Positions 37,843 to 50,284 of a stretch of DNA of 64,000 nucleotides are shown piece by piece; the first letter of the stretch is position 1; each line of letters starts with the position of its first letter. Location: positions 130,243,425 through 130,307,424 of the forward strand of contig NC_052157.1 of NCBI RefSeq assembly GCF_902713615.1. Reading direction: 5' to 3'. Both the position numbers and the translations under genes were made by a program. The DNA comes from Scyliorhinus canicula (lineage: Eukaryota). The notes under the pieces were generated by a model. The model did no database searches, was not told the origin of the DNA, and saw only the letters and a list, made by a program, of their open reading frames with translations.

Positions 37843-40263
37843 GTGAAGCATTGCCTCTAATGCAAGTTCCCAATCACAGTGCATCATACTCGATTCGTTA
37901 CTGCATGAAAGAAGTCAAACAAAGGTCATCATCAACCAGAATAGCCTGATTGTTTGCCGCAATGCAGAGCTTTAAATTATTTGCTCATCTGTTGGTGTAC
38001 GCCTTACATCTGCTCTGGCCTGCAATTGAATCTGTGAATGATAATGCTGGGATGACTCGGCACAAGATGGGCTTTTTCACATTTTAAAAAAATTACCTGC
38101 AGTCAACAGTGACGAGGACTGCTGAAGAATCTTGAATAAGGCAGGCCCAATGACCGCCCCTCTAATCACCAGTAATTTCTCACTGGGATGCATTGACGGC
38201 GTATGATTTAGGGGTATTTCAGGGTCTGTTTTAGAACTGGGATGTCCGGGACACCTTAATGCTGGCCACACAAATTTAGCAGGTGCACCAATTCCCCCGA
38301 AAATTAGCCCCACTGTTAAATTGGCGCACTTTGCACAAATTCCCTGTCAAAATAATGGATGCGGCACAATCCCATTCATATACCACTGGCCTGCACAACT
38401 CAGTGTGGCTGACATTGTAAGGTAAATAAATCGTCATGAAATGGCATCACAGACACACGAATGAGCAAGCCATATTTTAAAGGAGTGTGAGCTTTTGATG
38501 AAAGGATTTCGAAAACTTTTGCAGGGTGTAATTGACTTTAGAAAAATCACCGGCAGCAATTGCACATTGAGCTTTCTAAGGAACAATAACCAAGGCAGTC
38601 AATCCAGCATTGGAACGTGAATTTCCAAATATCTGGCACTGTGAAGCAGAGCAAAGGTAACACACAATAAAGTTTGCACGAGAAGCTAGCTGCCCACCGT
38701 AGGAATAATGATCTACCAATAGAATAATGAACAGCACGGTCTGAGAGCAAAAACATGAAAAATAAGATTCAAACTGGAACATGCACAGAGGCCAAATTCA
38801 GTTCTGTCCAGTAAGAAACCAGTACTTCACCAAACAGGCAGATACTGACTAAGGGCGGCACCTATCAAGTTTAAACCGGGCCGTACTGGAGGTGACCGAA
38901 AAACGAAGTACGCAATGAAAGCCAGTTCATTCCCGCTTGCAGGCCCAGCTCCAGAATCTTTCAGTGACTCGGATTCACTTTTTTCCCTGGCAGCTCCTCA
39001 TGATTGTGTTTGTTCTTATAATGAAATAGATTGCTGTGGCAATAAATGCTTACGTTTTCCCATTCCATGGCCCGTGGATATAGGTGAAGTATTATCAGCT
39101 CAGAGCTTGAACCGATTGTATTGAATTAATTATGGGATGTGGGCGTCCCTGGCTGGGCCAGCATTTATTGTCCATCGCCCTTGACCGAATGACGTGCTAG
39201 GCCATTTCACAGATGTGGACCTGGAGTCACCTGGAGGCCAGACCAGGTAAGGATGGCAGATTCTCTTCCCTAAAGGACATTAATGAACCAGATAGGTTTT
39301 TACGATAATCGACAATGGGCAATGGTTTCCCAATCACCATTAGGCGCTTTAATTCCAGATTTTTACTGAGTTCAAATTTCACCAACTGCCATAGTGGGAT
39401 TCGAACCCGGATGCCCAGAGCATTGCCCACTACGCCACCCCCTCCACTAAATGGTCTGGGTTCCATGACGGTGCTGCTGTTGGTGTAAGCCCACACCCTT
39501 GAGTTAATTGGTAGCTTAACGTCCCCATCATAGCCCCCATACACCACTGGTATTTTGTTCTCCAGCTTTGGTCCCTCAGTCACTCCCATCATGCCACTGC
39601 CCAACCCTCCCCACCCCCCAACCCCATTTTGCAGCCCCTTCCACCAGCCACCAGAGATTTCCAGCTCCGACTGCTGACCAGCCTCAATTCCTGTCCTCCT
39701 CCCACCCACATCTCTTTGCAACTCCTGCAGTAGCCCCAAACCCTCCTCTCTCATGCTGCACAATTGTATTTTTCTGCAAATGAAAATGCATCAGGGCCGC
39801 ATGTTAAATTGAACTTTTATTCAATTACAGTCTCAAAATAAATGGATTACTTGTCTGGAGTATTTATATGTGCACAGATAGTGTTATGCCTGCCAGTCAA
39901 ATTATGTTTGCATCGTCGAGGGTACATGTGAAAGACAATAAAGATAGTTTCAAACAAGAACTTGAATACATCTTGTCCATTCACCTTTGCGGCATAAGTT
40001 AGCATTCATCCTCACACCCATTATACGTGCTGTTAATTTAACTCAGGTCCACCTTATTGGGAAATAACGTAGCCCATTTCTCTCCCACGATTAGCCCACA
40101 CCACCCAGGGCTATTGGGCCTGAGATACATGCCTAATTTACAGCCACATAGTAATTAAGCGGCCAATTCAGCTCAGTTGGCTGGACAGCTTGGTTCGTGA
40201 TGCAGAACGAGGCTAACAGCACAATTCAATTCCCGTACTGGCTGAGGTTATTCATGAAGGCCC

Positions 40264-41054
40264 TGTTGCCCTTTCTATGCCAGTTAAGTGTGTCTTAACT
40301 CGTATATGGTGGACAAATGATTATGAGACTCAGTTTACAAAACAGAACAATATTTATTCACACGCACACAATGGTTATGGTTATTCAATCACACACTCCC
40401 AATCATAGGTTACACTATACACCAATAGTTCCAAGATCTTAACTTAACTTGGTAGATACAGGCCTGTTATCTGTGATCACAGTCTTGTAGTCTTTGTTAG
40501 TTGGTTATCAATCTGGTTCTCTTCTGGCTCTGGTCTTCCTTCTGTTGGTAGCGTGGATGGTCTCCTTCGTCAGCCAGTGGAAGTCACCGTTGTTGGTTAC
40601 TGCTGCGCCAGAGAAAGAATGGATCTGTGCAGTAACTTATGCTGTTTGAATTTTGTGACTCTTTTGGTGGGCGGTCTCTGGGTCATTTGTCAATCAATTG
40701 ATCAGAGCTCAATCAGCCTGATTGATAAAATCCAATCAGGAGCTGCCACATCAATTTTGGGATGGGCAATCAGTGGCCATACTTGAAAGTGTTGGAAACA
40801 TGTAAGCCCTTCCAAATAAGGAAGTTAGGTGCCTCTGTGTCTGGTAAACAATTGTGATTAACAAGACAGCTCTAATGATCCTGTTGGTGGCCTGGAGATA
40901 GTCTTTTACTTATGTTATTCGCATCAAGCTGTGAATTTGTTTGAAGTCTGCAAAGCCTTTTTCTGTATTATTGGATCTGCTTGCAGCCTGCTTCTCCATA
41001 TACTTGACCAGTTTTCCCAGCATCCCCTGCTGGACACCATTTTAGGTGGCCACG
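40264..41054 (-). mobile_element. Solo LTR (related family) inserted in a SINE spanning 40165-41190
   Basis: Minus-strand (c)GTGGCCACC...GGGCAACA; TSD gccc at 40260-40263 and 41055-41058; the host SINE resumes collinearly. Confidence 0.8.
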
Positions 41055-41617
41055 GCCCTGTGTTCTCAACCTTGCCCCTCACCTGAGGTTTGGTGATCCT
41101 CAGGTTAAATCCCAAGGGTCAGCTCTCCCTGTCAAAGGGGAAAGCGGCCTATGGTCATCTGGGACTATAGTGACTTTACTTTTACTTTACAGCCACATAG
41201 TTTGGGAAATTATACGCATTAGGCGTCGCCTAATCGACAGCAGGATTTCGTCCAGCACAGCCACATTTCTGGGGAAGCCAATGTAAAATTGCTAAGTAGC
41301 TGGAGAGAGCCATAACTCAGCTGCCTGGCAATTCCCAGTGGAAAGTATCCATGGTGCCTATAGATCTAATCATGTTTTGCCTGGCATCACAAGCAATGGC
41401 AAATTGGAAACAGTCTGCTGATGACGGTTGCGGAGAGTGGATCATGGAACTGAGCGGTCCAGCTGCGGTTCGAGTTCAAGTCTGTGCCTGCCCCAGAGCA
41501 CACAGGTTTTTAAGGCTGGCTCCATGCTTGGTGAAAGCAAGTCTTGCTGGAGCACGCTGAGAGAGAAAGAAACTCAACATCAATGACCAAATTGCTGCAG
41601 CTTCAAGCGGAGAATTT

Positions 41618-43405
41618 CCCAGCTGTACAAAACTCTGGTGCGGCCTCATTTGGAGTATTGCGTGCAGTTCTGGTCGCCACATTATAGGAAGGATGTGGAA
41701 GCATTGGAAAGGATGCAGAGGAGATTTACCAGGATGTTGCCTGGTATGGAGAGAAGATCTTATTTGATGTGTTGGGCAGGTTGGTTCGATGTGGACTGCA
41801 CTCGATGCAGGGAAGTTAGAAACAGACGTCTAACACTGGAGAAGATCCAACACTGCTTTATTCAACTACAGAACTGCTATACATATTCAGCTGTGGGTCA
41901 ACATTATACTGATCTGACTGGTGACCTTGTAGTAGCCTGACCAGATTTACTAGCTACCGCATGGTGTTTGCACTTGCTAGCTCGTGGACTCTGACTGTCT
42001 CAGTAGCTGGGTCGCAAAAGATCGGGAAACCTAGTGCCCTCTGGCTGTATAGTGGTAGTGTCCTGTCTGGTGATTGGCTGTACTGTGTTGTATGCTTACT
42101 GGTCATCCTATGTATCAATCACTGCCTGTCTGCATTTCATTATACACATGAGTTAAATAAATACTGAGGTATGTATACGTATATATATGCCTGACTATAT
42201 ACAAACGGTGCTTGAACAAATGTATATACATGGGAAGCTGTCGATAGTGCAGATACATGGCAAATGAAGCCATATTTACAAAGGTTAAATCGATGAATTC
42301 AGTCACAAAATTTACAGAAGTTCACTCTGCAGATTCAGTCATTGTGGTGGGCGACAAATTCTTGTCGATCGCCGCAGAGGTGGATCTCTGCACGTGGATA
42401 AGTGGGATCACTGCCATCGCAGTGGTCGCGTGGGCTGGCAGGATTGCTGGCAGATCGGTGGAGCAGATCTGCAAAGGGCTGCGTAGTGGCCAAGTTTGCC
42501 ACACTGGAGACATCGGCGTCCTTTTGCCAGACGTTGCCACTTTAAGTGGGCGGAGCCACAATTCGGACACATCACGAGGCTGATGTCAGCGAGTTCCGTG
42601 CGCCATCACGCGCAGTGCGGTCGGTCGACGTACGCACCTGCGCAGTCGGGTTGTCGGTCTCGTCGTCCACTCGGTCGTGGCGCGCATGCGCAGGGATCCG
42701 GGAAAAGTGCATGAAACGGCCACTCTCCTCGATGCTCAGGCCCTGCATCTGTGCAATGGCCTGCACCCTTTGCGCCTCGTGGGAGGCTAGCTTTGCAGTT
42801 TCTGCCGCCCTGATGTGGGAGTAACGATTCTTGGCATGCTCATGGACAACGCACGTCTCGATAGCGACAGAGAGGGCCAACTGTTTGATTTTAAGGAGCT
42901 GCTGCCGCAGGGAGTCGGAGTGGACCCCGAAAACGATCTGATCCTGGATCATGGAATCAGCAGTTGAGTCATAGTTACATGACTGTGCTAGGATGCGAAG
43001 ATGGGTCATGAAGGAGTAAAAAGTTTCATCCTTACCCTGAAGCCTCTGCTGAAAGATGTACCGTTCAAAGCTCTCATTCACCTCAATGTCGCAGTGGCTG
43101 TCGAACTTCAGAAGGACTATTTTGAATTTTGTTTTGTCTTCGCCACAGTGGAGAGAAATAGCACGAACGTCCTGGCATCCAATGCTGCCTCGAGGTAGAT
43201 TCTTTACTCAGAGAGTAGTAGGGGCGTGGAATGCCCTGCCTACAACAGTAGTACACTCGCCAACATTAAGGACATTTATATGGTCATTGGATAAACATAT
43301 GGATGATAATGGAATAGTGTAGATGGGCTTTAGATTGGTTTCACAGGTCGGCGCAACATCGAGGGCCAAAGGGCCTGTACTGTGCTGTAATGTTCTAATG
43401 TCTAA
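41618..43405 (+). mobile_element. CR1 3' fragment (41618-41763 and 43192-43405) interrupted by a Gypsy remnant
   Basis: RPHLEYCVQFWSPHYRKD and FFTQRVVGAWNALP; CR1 tail. Confidence 0.85.
41765..43190 (-). mobile_element. Gypsy remnant (partial gag joined to the 3' region/LTR)
   Basis: ORF 42572-43081 NESFERYIFQQR...LAQSCNY...IQDQIVFG is homologous to the Gag at 31162; LTR-like end with AATAAA near 41860 on the minus strand. Confidence 0.8.
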
Positions 43406-43596
43406 TGTGTAATTTAATTACTGCGACTCGGCCTCAGAATGCTTTGTTCATGGAGGTCGACACAAAATCAAGTTCACAGATTTTAAGACTAGGACCCTGG
43501 TAGGCACAGCCATGCCTGCTATGTCTGCCCTGGGAGTGCATACCAGCCCCTCAGCTCAATTTTTGCATATCTCCACATCAGCCACGTAGAAGCATT

Positions 43597-43780
43597 TAAT
43601 AATAATAATAATCATCGCTTATTGTCACAATTAGGCTTCAATGAAGTTACTGTGAAAAGCCCCAAGTTGCCACATTCCGGTGCCTGTTCTGGGAGGCCGG
43701 TATGGGAACTGAATCCGCGCTGCTGGAATTATTCTGTGTTACAAGCCAGCTGTTTAGCCCACTGTGCTAAACCAGCCCCT
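43597..43780 (-). mobile_element. tRNA-derived SINE (second family), (TTA)n tail
   Basis: Homologous to 13804-13980. Confidence 0.8.
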
Positions 43781-44386
43781 TTTAGCTGAGGGGCCAGACA
43801 TTCCTAAAAGCCCATGGCCACTTGCGGAGACATACTGCAGAGTCTGCATATGCAGGAGCAAAACAACCCCCCACAAAACAACAGCATGAGCAGGCTGTGA
43901 AAGGCCCTGCTTACAATTTCAAAGGACTCAGATGAAGCAGACTGGCCTGATGTTTAATCCTCTGCCCATTCCCACGAAGAGCTGATCCACACAATTTTTC
44001 AACATCTTAAGATTGTTATAGTTACACAGTCATCCTACAAGTTTTACACAGATCACTAAGTTAGGTCTTTTGATTAAATTTAAACACTTTGTGGTATACA
44101 TTTGGGGTTGTTGCGTGGTCACTTTAAGAGTCTAGTCACATGATAGTTTGTGACATCATCAGCTGCTTCATAAGCTTTGCCTCAGTGTAGATGAAGCTCA
44201 TATAGAGTTAGCAGCTATTTAATAAACTGCCATTGTTATTTGCAGTCAACCTCTCGTGCTACAACTTAATATTATTTTGTCGTGAGAATGCAGAACATAA
44301 CACTTTGAATTCAATAAATGCTCCCAAATTGACAGAGATTTGTAACAGCACTCTGAAAATTTCACTGGATTAACAGGTTTCACGGT

Positions 44387-44581
44387 AGAACATATAGAAC
44401 ATAGAACTTACAGTGCAGAAGGAGGCCATTCGGCCCATCGAGTCTGCACCGACTCACTTAAGCCCTCACTTCCACCCTATCCCCGTAACCCAACAACCCC
44501 TCCTAACATTTTTTGGTCCCTAAGGGCAATTTAGCAAAGGCCAAACCGGGGCACCCGGAGGAAACCCACACAGACACGGGG
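44387..44581 (-). mobile_element. 5'-truncated V-SINE
   Basis: Partial V-domain and CR1-type tail. Confidence 0.8.
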
Positions 44582-45379
44582 ATGGCTCCGGCTCTTTCGC
44601 TGCTCCTCTTTTTGGCGCTCATGTTGAAGCATTCACGGCATTCCTGACTCCTGTGGAAAATGGACGTCCCGCCACACCAGAAGCTGATTGTCCTGTCGTG
44701 ATCAGTTGTGGTCTCTGATTGGTTTGTTTGAGTGTCAGTCAAAAACCAATGGAAAAGTAAACTTTTAAAACATCAAACCAAAATATGTTCTAAGGGGTCA
44801 AAAAACACTCCAGCGCCCTGGGTGCCCATTGGGCATGGAAATCCACGATGGTGACAGCAGATTCTGCAAGCTCCCTCTTCAGGGACATCCGGCTGCAAAT
44901 AAAGCCACAGTAGAGGAGCAGACAGCCAGGCTGGAGGACAGCCCCATCCCCCTCGATTGCCCACTGCCTGGACCTGTTTATGGCAGGTTTGACCTGACCC
45001 CTGCCCGCATTTGTAGGTGGATTAATACCCATCTCCTGTTTAACAATACGCTTGCCTTAAAAATACAATAGCCCTTCACAATCATTTAATAAGAGTGACT
45101 GCCATTGGACATGAACAATCTAATTAATAAGACACTGCCAACTGAGTGCTCATGTAAGTCCTCAGCCTGCTACAATGTTCCAGTGAAACCCAACACAAGC
45201 TTAATAAACAGCACCTTATGATGAGGCACTTTACTTCCTTCTGGACTCAACATTTGGCTCAACAATTTCAGGCTCTGTCCTCCATTTTGATACTTCTTTT
45301 TTTGCCATGCACCTGGCTGAATCTTGTTCAGAACTGTTCATTATTCTGCCATTCGCGATCACTCTGGACAAAATACTTT

Positions 45380-45504
45380 GGGCTGGATTCTTCCGCTCCG
45401 CCCACCGCAAGATCGGCACGGGTGAGACGCGGACAATGGAAAAGTCCATTGACCTCGGAAGAGATTCTCCAGTCTCCCGGCGGTGCGGCCGGAGAATCCC
45501 GCCC
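45380..45504. mobile_element. Short Harbinger-type MITE
   Basis: TIRs gggctggattcttcc / ggagaatcccgccc; 3-bp flanks ttt/ttt. Confidence 0.7.
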
Positions 45505-45634
45505 TTTGTTTCTTTACTGCAACAACCATTACCACACCCGTTGATTTTTATTCCCGAACATCGTTGTCATTTAGTTTCTCCCACCTTCTACCCTATCCCA
45601 GATCTCCACATTTGCCCTTTCTCCATCCCTTTTC

Positions 45635-45863
45635 TTTTTTTTTTATAAATTTAGAGTACCCAATTATTTTTTCCAATTAAGGGGCAATTTTAGCGTGGCC
45701 AATTCACCTAAGCTGCACATCTTTTGGGTTGTGGGGGCGAAACCCACGCAGACACGGGGAGAATGTGCAAACTCCACACGGACAGTGACCCAGGGCCGGG
45801 ATTTGAACCCGGGTCCTCAGCGCCGTAGGCAGCAATGCTAACCACTGTGCCACCGTGCTGCCC
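45635..45863 (-). mobile_element. V-SINE, poly(A)-tailed variant
   Basis: Long TSD ttctccatcccttttc on both sides. Confidence 0.9.
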
Positions 45864-45914
45864 TTCTCCATCCCTTTTCAATGACATACAACCCATCATA
45901 TTTCTGCCTTCCTT

Positions 45915-45956
45915 CAGTTCTGAAGGACAGTCATATTGGACTCGAAACGTCGACTC
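45915..45956 (+). ncRNA. Degenerate minimal hammerhead ribozyme in a Penelope-like terminal repeat remnant (about 45510-46050)
   Basis: agtt-CTGAAGG-a-c-agtc-atattg-gact-c-GAAA-CGTC-gact; followed by agatgctgccagacctg, typical of fish Penelope-type repeats. Confidence 0.55.
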
Positions 45957-46959
45957 TCTTTCTTTCTCCGCAGATGCTGCCAGACCTGTTCAGCATTTCC
46001 AGCACTCTCTGCTTTTATTTTGGATTTCCAGCATTTTCAGTATTCTGCTATTATTTTAGGATGGATACGTTCTGAAGGCAAATGATGAATAGAGAGAAGA
46101 CTATAGGAGAGAGGTGAAAGTTAATTTCGAGATGAGATGAGTTGACGCAGATAGTGACGCATTGACAAAGTGATGTCCAAGTTTGGAAGGTGGAAAATAG
46201 GAAGCAGGAAAGGCAAGATCAAGGAAAGAAAGGCCTAAGAGGAATCAGGAGGTGAAACATGGTGATAGAATTAATAGGTTCAGGCCCAGAGCAGGAGCCA
46301 AAATACACACACAAATATTCCTGGCAAAGATTTAAAGAGACATAATGTCTTCACAAACAAAGGACTTTCCCCTTGTATAAAATGCATGACAAATTATAGT
46401 CAGCACATTTAGTGACCTAATGTTACAGTGAAATGCTACAATATCCAATTGAACAGCTGTTAACCCATTGGTGCAAAACTTCACTGGATCAGCAAATTCA
46501 TCAAACAGTGAAGCTTCCCACAAAGCAAAACTCTCGAAAATCCACAGAGGTTGTTATTCCTGTTACTGTGAGTTTGGTGCTCCATGGCTTCAGTGGGTAA
46601 AGGTTCTGACATTTGGTTTGTGCTCATTCGCTGATGTTTTCCCGGGAACTCTGCAGTGAAAACTTGGCCTTTAAATCTTGACCAGGTGACGCCTCAGATG
46701 TGAGGCTGAAATGTGATCTGAAATGATCACGCCAAAGTGATCCTCAATCTCAAAAAACTAACAGACCATTGTGATCACTACGCAGTGTGTTGGCATTCTG
46801 CGGCGCGCACATTATTTGCGTATGAGTAATTCATGTGGAGAAAATGGAGGGAGAAGAGTTTTCTCCCACTCCCTTCATGAAATGCAGGCAAGTTCAATAA
46901 ATCGTTCATCAAAATGCGAGAAACAGCGGCAATGTGAACAGTTGTCAGCTACACCCGGT

Positions 46960-47200
46960 GGCGGTACTCATCTCTGAATCAGAGAATTGTCGGTTTAAGA
47001 CCTGCTCTCAAGGCTTGAGCACATACCTTGGCGATGTGCAGCACTGGGGGAGTGCTGCACATTCCGAGTGCCATCTTTCAGTTGAAACCTTAAACAAGAT
47101 TCCACCTCAGGTGAACCTGCAAACTCCAATGACACTATTTCAAAAAGGACAGGGTGAATCCCGCCCTGTCTTACCCAGCACTGAATCCTGAACCAACAAG
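46960..47200 (+). mobile_element. Ancient Deu-domain SINE (SacSINE1/AmnSINE1-like), degraded
   Basis: gagtgctgca...gtgccatctttcag...ctcaggtgaac...gacactatttc resembles the Deu-domain; a 3' piece of the same type lies at about 34105-34225. Confidence 0.55.
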
Positions 47201-50200
47201 ACATCCCGGCCCAGCATACGTAGGGGAATGGGGCCGGAGAGGGCATTTCCAACTATTCTATCTCAATTTCCTGTTCATCCATGTGGCACTAAAAACAGGG
47301 GTGTGTGCTCATCCACCATCAATAAAGTTGAAGTGGTAACTCGCATTGGTCTCCTCCTCGTCTGAGATGCTCTCCGAAAAGGGGCCCAGTTTCAGAGACA
47401 CAACGGGTAAGTGAGATTTTATCAACCTTTATCAGTTGATTAGGCACCCAACAATTTCCAAAAAGTCCAATAGCCACCAGATCATGGTACAAAACACTGT
47501 GGCACCATGTCTGGCCTGGGATGTATTGGTATCATGTTATTGGTCTGGGTTGATGAAATTGACTATTTCAAACAAGACGTTTAATCTTGCAGAGTGCTAC
47601 TTCTGTCTGACAGCTGGCAAAAAGGTGTGGAGAAAAACTGGTCTCGTCTCTTGCTCCTGTTCACAATTGTGTGGCTTCATTGAACTTTTATGGAAAGTAC
47701 TAAATCAAGTGTTTTGGCAGATTTAATAAGCCCTTCCTTTTTTATTACTATGGGCTGTAATCAAACATTGCTCAATAAATTCCGTGGTATCATCTTTTAT
47801 ATGGATATTCTTTATTTACTCGAATTTACTCTTTCTTTATGACCACACGATGTGTGTGACTTTGTCACCTTGATGGGTTTTCAGCACATCTCTTAAAAGA
47901 GTTACATGGCAAGGCATAAAGGAAGGTGAGCAATGTTCTGGTTAGTGCATGGGGTTGGAAGATTAGCTTCCAGTTAAACAGCACATTGAGATTGCAAAGA
48001 GTCAAATTCAGCCTTAGCCAAACAGCCAGTAAGGGTAACAATTAACAAGAGGATCGAGTTTGTCCTGAGGGCCGATCTTGAATCTAGACAGTGTTCACAA
48101 AGGACAAAAACGTCTGCAATTCTTTTTCTCTTCTTTTAATAAATCAAGGTGGAAACTATTAGGCCCCTGGAGATTTATCTTAAATTGATTATTTGTTCAC
48201 TTAGATTAAATACAATAAATTCATCCTCTTGCATCGCTGGTATTCTGGCAGCTTCCTCAATTATGCAAATGGATCTAAAACATTTATTTACCCAGAACCA
48301 TTTCCTTATCCACCTGCACTCACCTTTAAAAACCCCACATACTCATTTATCACCCTGTCTCTCAATTTGCTTTCAAAAATGTTGCTAACGTTTGCACGTT
48401 ATGTTATAGGACTGGATTATTGAGTCATAGAACTGAATTATCAAAGAGCTTTTGCGGTGCAGGAGAGACTTAAAGGTCACGACCCCGGATGTCACATTGG
48501 ATACTGATGGGATAGTTTTGAGTTTTCAAAATACCGGTGGAGGGGTTGGGATGGGGGGGGTGGAGGGGTTGTGATGGGGGGTGGAAGGGTGGGGGGGGAA
48601 CATGGTGACTACCAATTAACAGCGCGCTAGCTTCCTTAAGGAATTGTTAAGGAGCCTTTCCATTAATGAGTGACCTTTTCCTTTTCTCAGCGAGTCTGAA
48701 CAGAATTGGGCATGTTAGTGCGCAGCCAATCGGGTTCACCAAGGAGCCCAAGAAAATGTCTTCGGTTTTGTTCTCAACTCTAATCTGTGGAGCTAACTAC
48801 CTCCCGGCTGATTTCCACTCCTAACCTTCTCTTCCAGGACTACTTTCTACCTCGTTCCATCCTCCGTGGCCTTCTGAGGAGCTGTCCACTACAAGCGTGA
48901 AGACGATACTCTGGGCTGAATAATATGTGGCTCACACCCAGAGGGGTGGGGGGGGGGCGGCTTTATTCCGTCCCCACCATCAAACTGCATTATATAAAAC
49001 TGCAATCATGCAAATTCGTGCTAGAGGCTGGGTTTCTAACCCACAAGGCCAAATGTCATTTTGCAGTCACTTAATCTGTGCTGGAGGTTGTGGATCCCGG
49101 CGTCCAAAGCCTTTGCCATGACGAGGGAGCTCGCGACCACTCATTTAAAGGGTCACCTGACATCGGACATTGGCAGGTGAGTGAACAAACGTGTGCCTTC
49201 TCCATACATACAGTGAATTTATTTTGAGGGTATAATATCAGACTTGGTTTCAATCTTTTTTTGAAATGTACATGGTCCAAGTTGAACTGACCACAGATAT
49301 TGTACAATTTGAACATGAACGAGCTTTCATGATCTTAACATAGAGGAGCTGTCTAGTTCTGGCATGTTTTCCTCCCTAAATGGCCGAGGCAAAGGAATGA
49401 GGGGAAAGGCAGGAAAGGACAAGGACAGCCCAAAGGTTTGATGAGGAATCCCTCCATGCCCTGGCTGTGTGCACCAGGCGAGAACAATTAAAGCCAACAG
49501 GCGGTAAGAGGAGACCTTGCTTCGTGGGACGGGCAGCCCGGGGAGGTCACCAACCTGGTCATAGTGCCTCACGCCTTGACGCAATGTTAGAAGAGGCTGG
49601 GCGACCTGTTAAAGTTGTCCAGGCTGAGAAAGTCCTCAGTATGTGCATCCTTGTGCCAGCAAACTATAGGGAAGGATCGGGAATGCTGGAGCCTTGTGAA
49701 GATGTCTGAGGTCTAAGGTAGCATTTTACAGCAATGGCACTGTTCGTAGCGTCAATGCCTCAGTGGAGTTATCATGGTAGTTCCGTGGGTGGAGTAGGGT
49801 GGAATAGCCCGTACTGATGAAGGTGCACAGTGCCTTGACTGCCAAGCATTGTGATGATCAGGCATTTCTCTGTCCCCTTGGAGGCGGAATAACATCCATA
49901 ACATAACAGTGTTAGTCATTGCAATGTTACATCATGTTTCAGGAAAGATGTGCCCACAGTGTCAGGGAGTGAAGCATCCTGGAGGTGGAGGTCCAGGCCT
50001 AATGCTGGATGAGTAGGAGTTTCTCCTGCTCACCTCAGCAGAACCTGCGCAATCCATTGACCGAGCTGAGATTGGAGGCTCTGGTCAGCTTGCAAGTTGG
50101 GAAACAGATGGGGAGAGGGCAAGTGGAAGGGGGATTGATGTTTGCTATGCTTTCACAAATATAATAATTGTCACCTCAGTGCTTGAAGCCAGGGAAGCTT

Positions 50201-50284
50201 CCTCGTAGATACCATTTGATGTTGCTGCAAGTGTGATTTATTGGTTGAAATTCGTCATGTGAACATAGTAACACACAAGCACAC

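Noticed and set aside
44582-44647. Signal-peptide-like MAPALSLLLFLALMLK on the + strand
   Set aside because: Stop after 21 codons and no donor site.
45231-45366. Exon-like minus-strand segment after an AG acceptor
   Set aside because: No recognisable product and a weak polypyrimidine tract.
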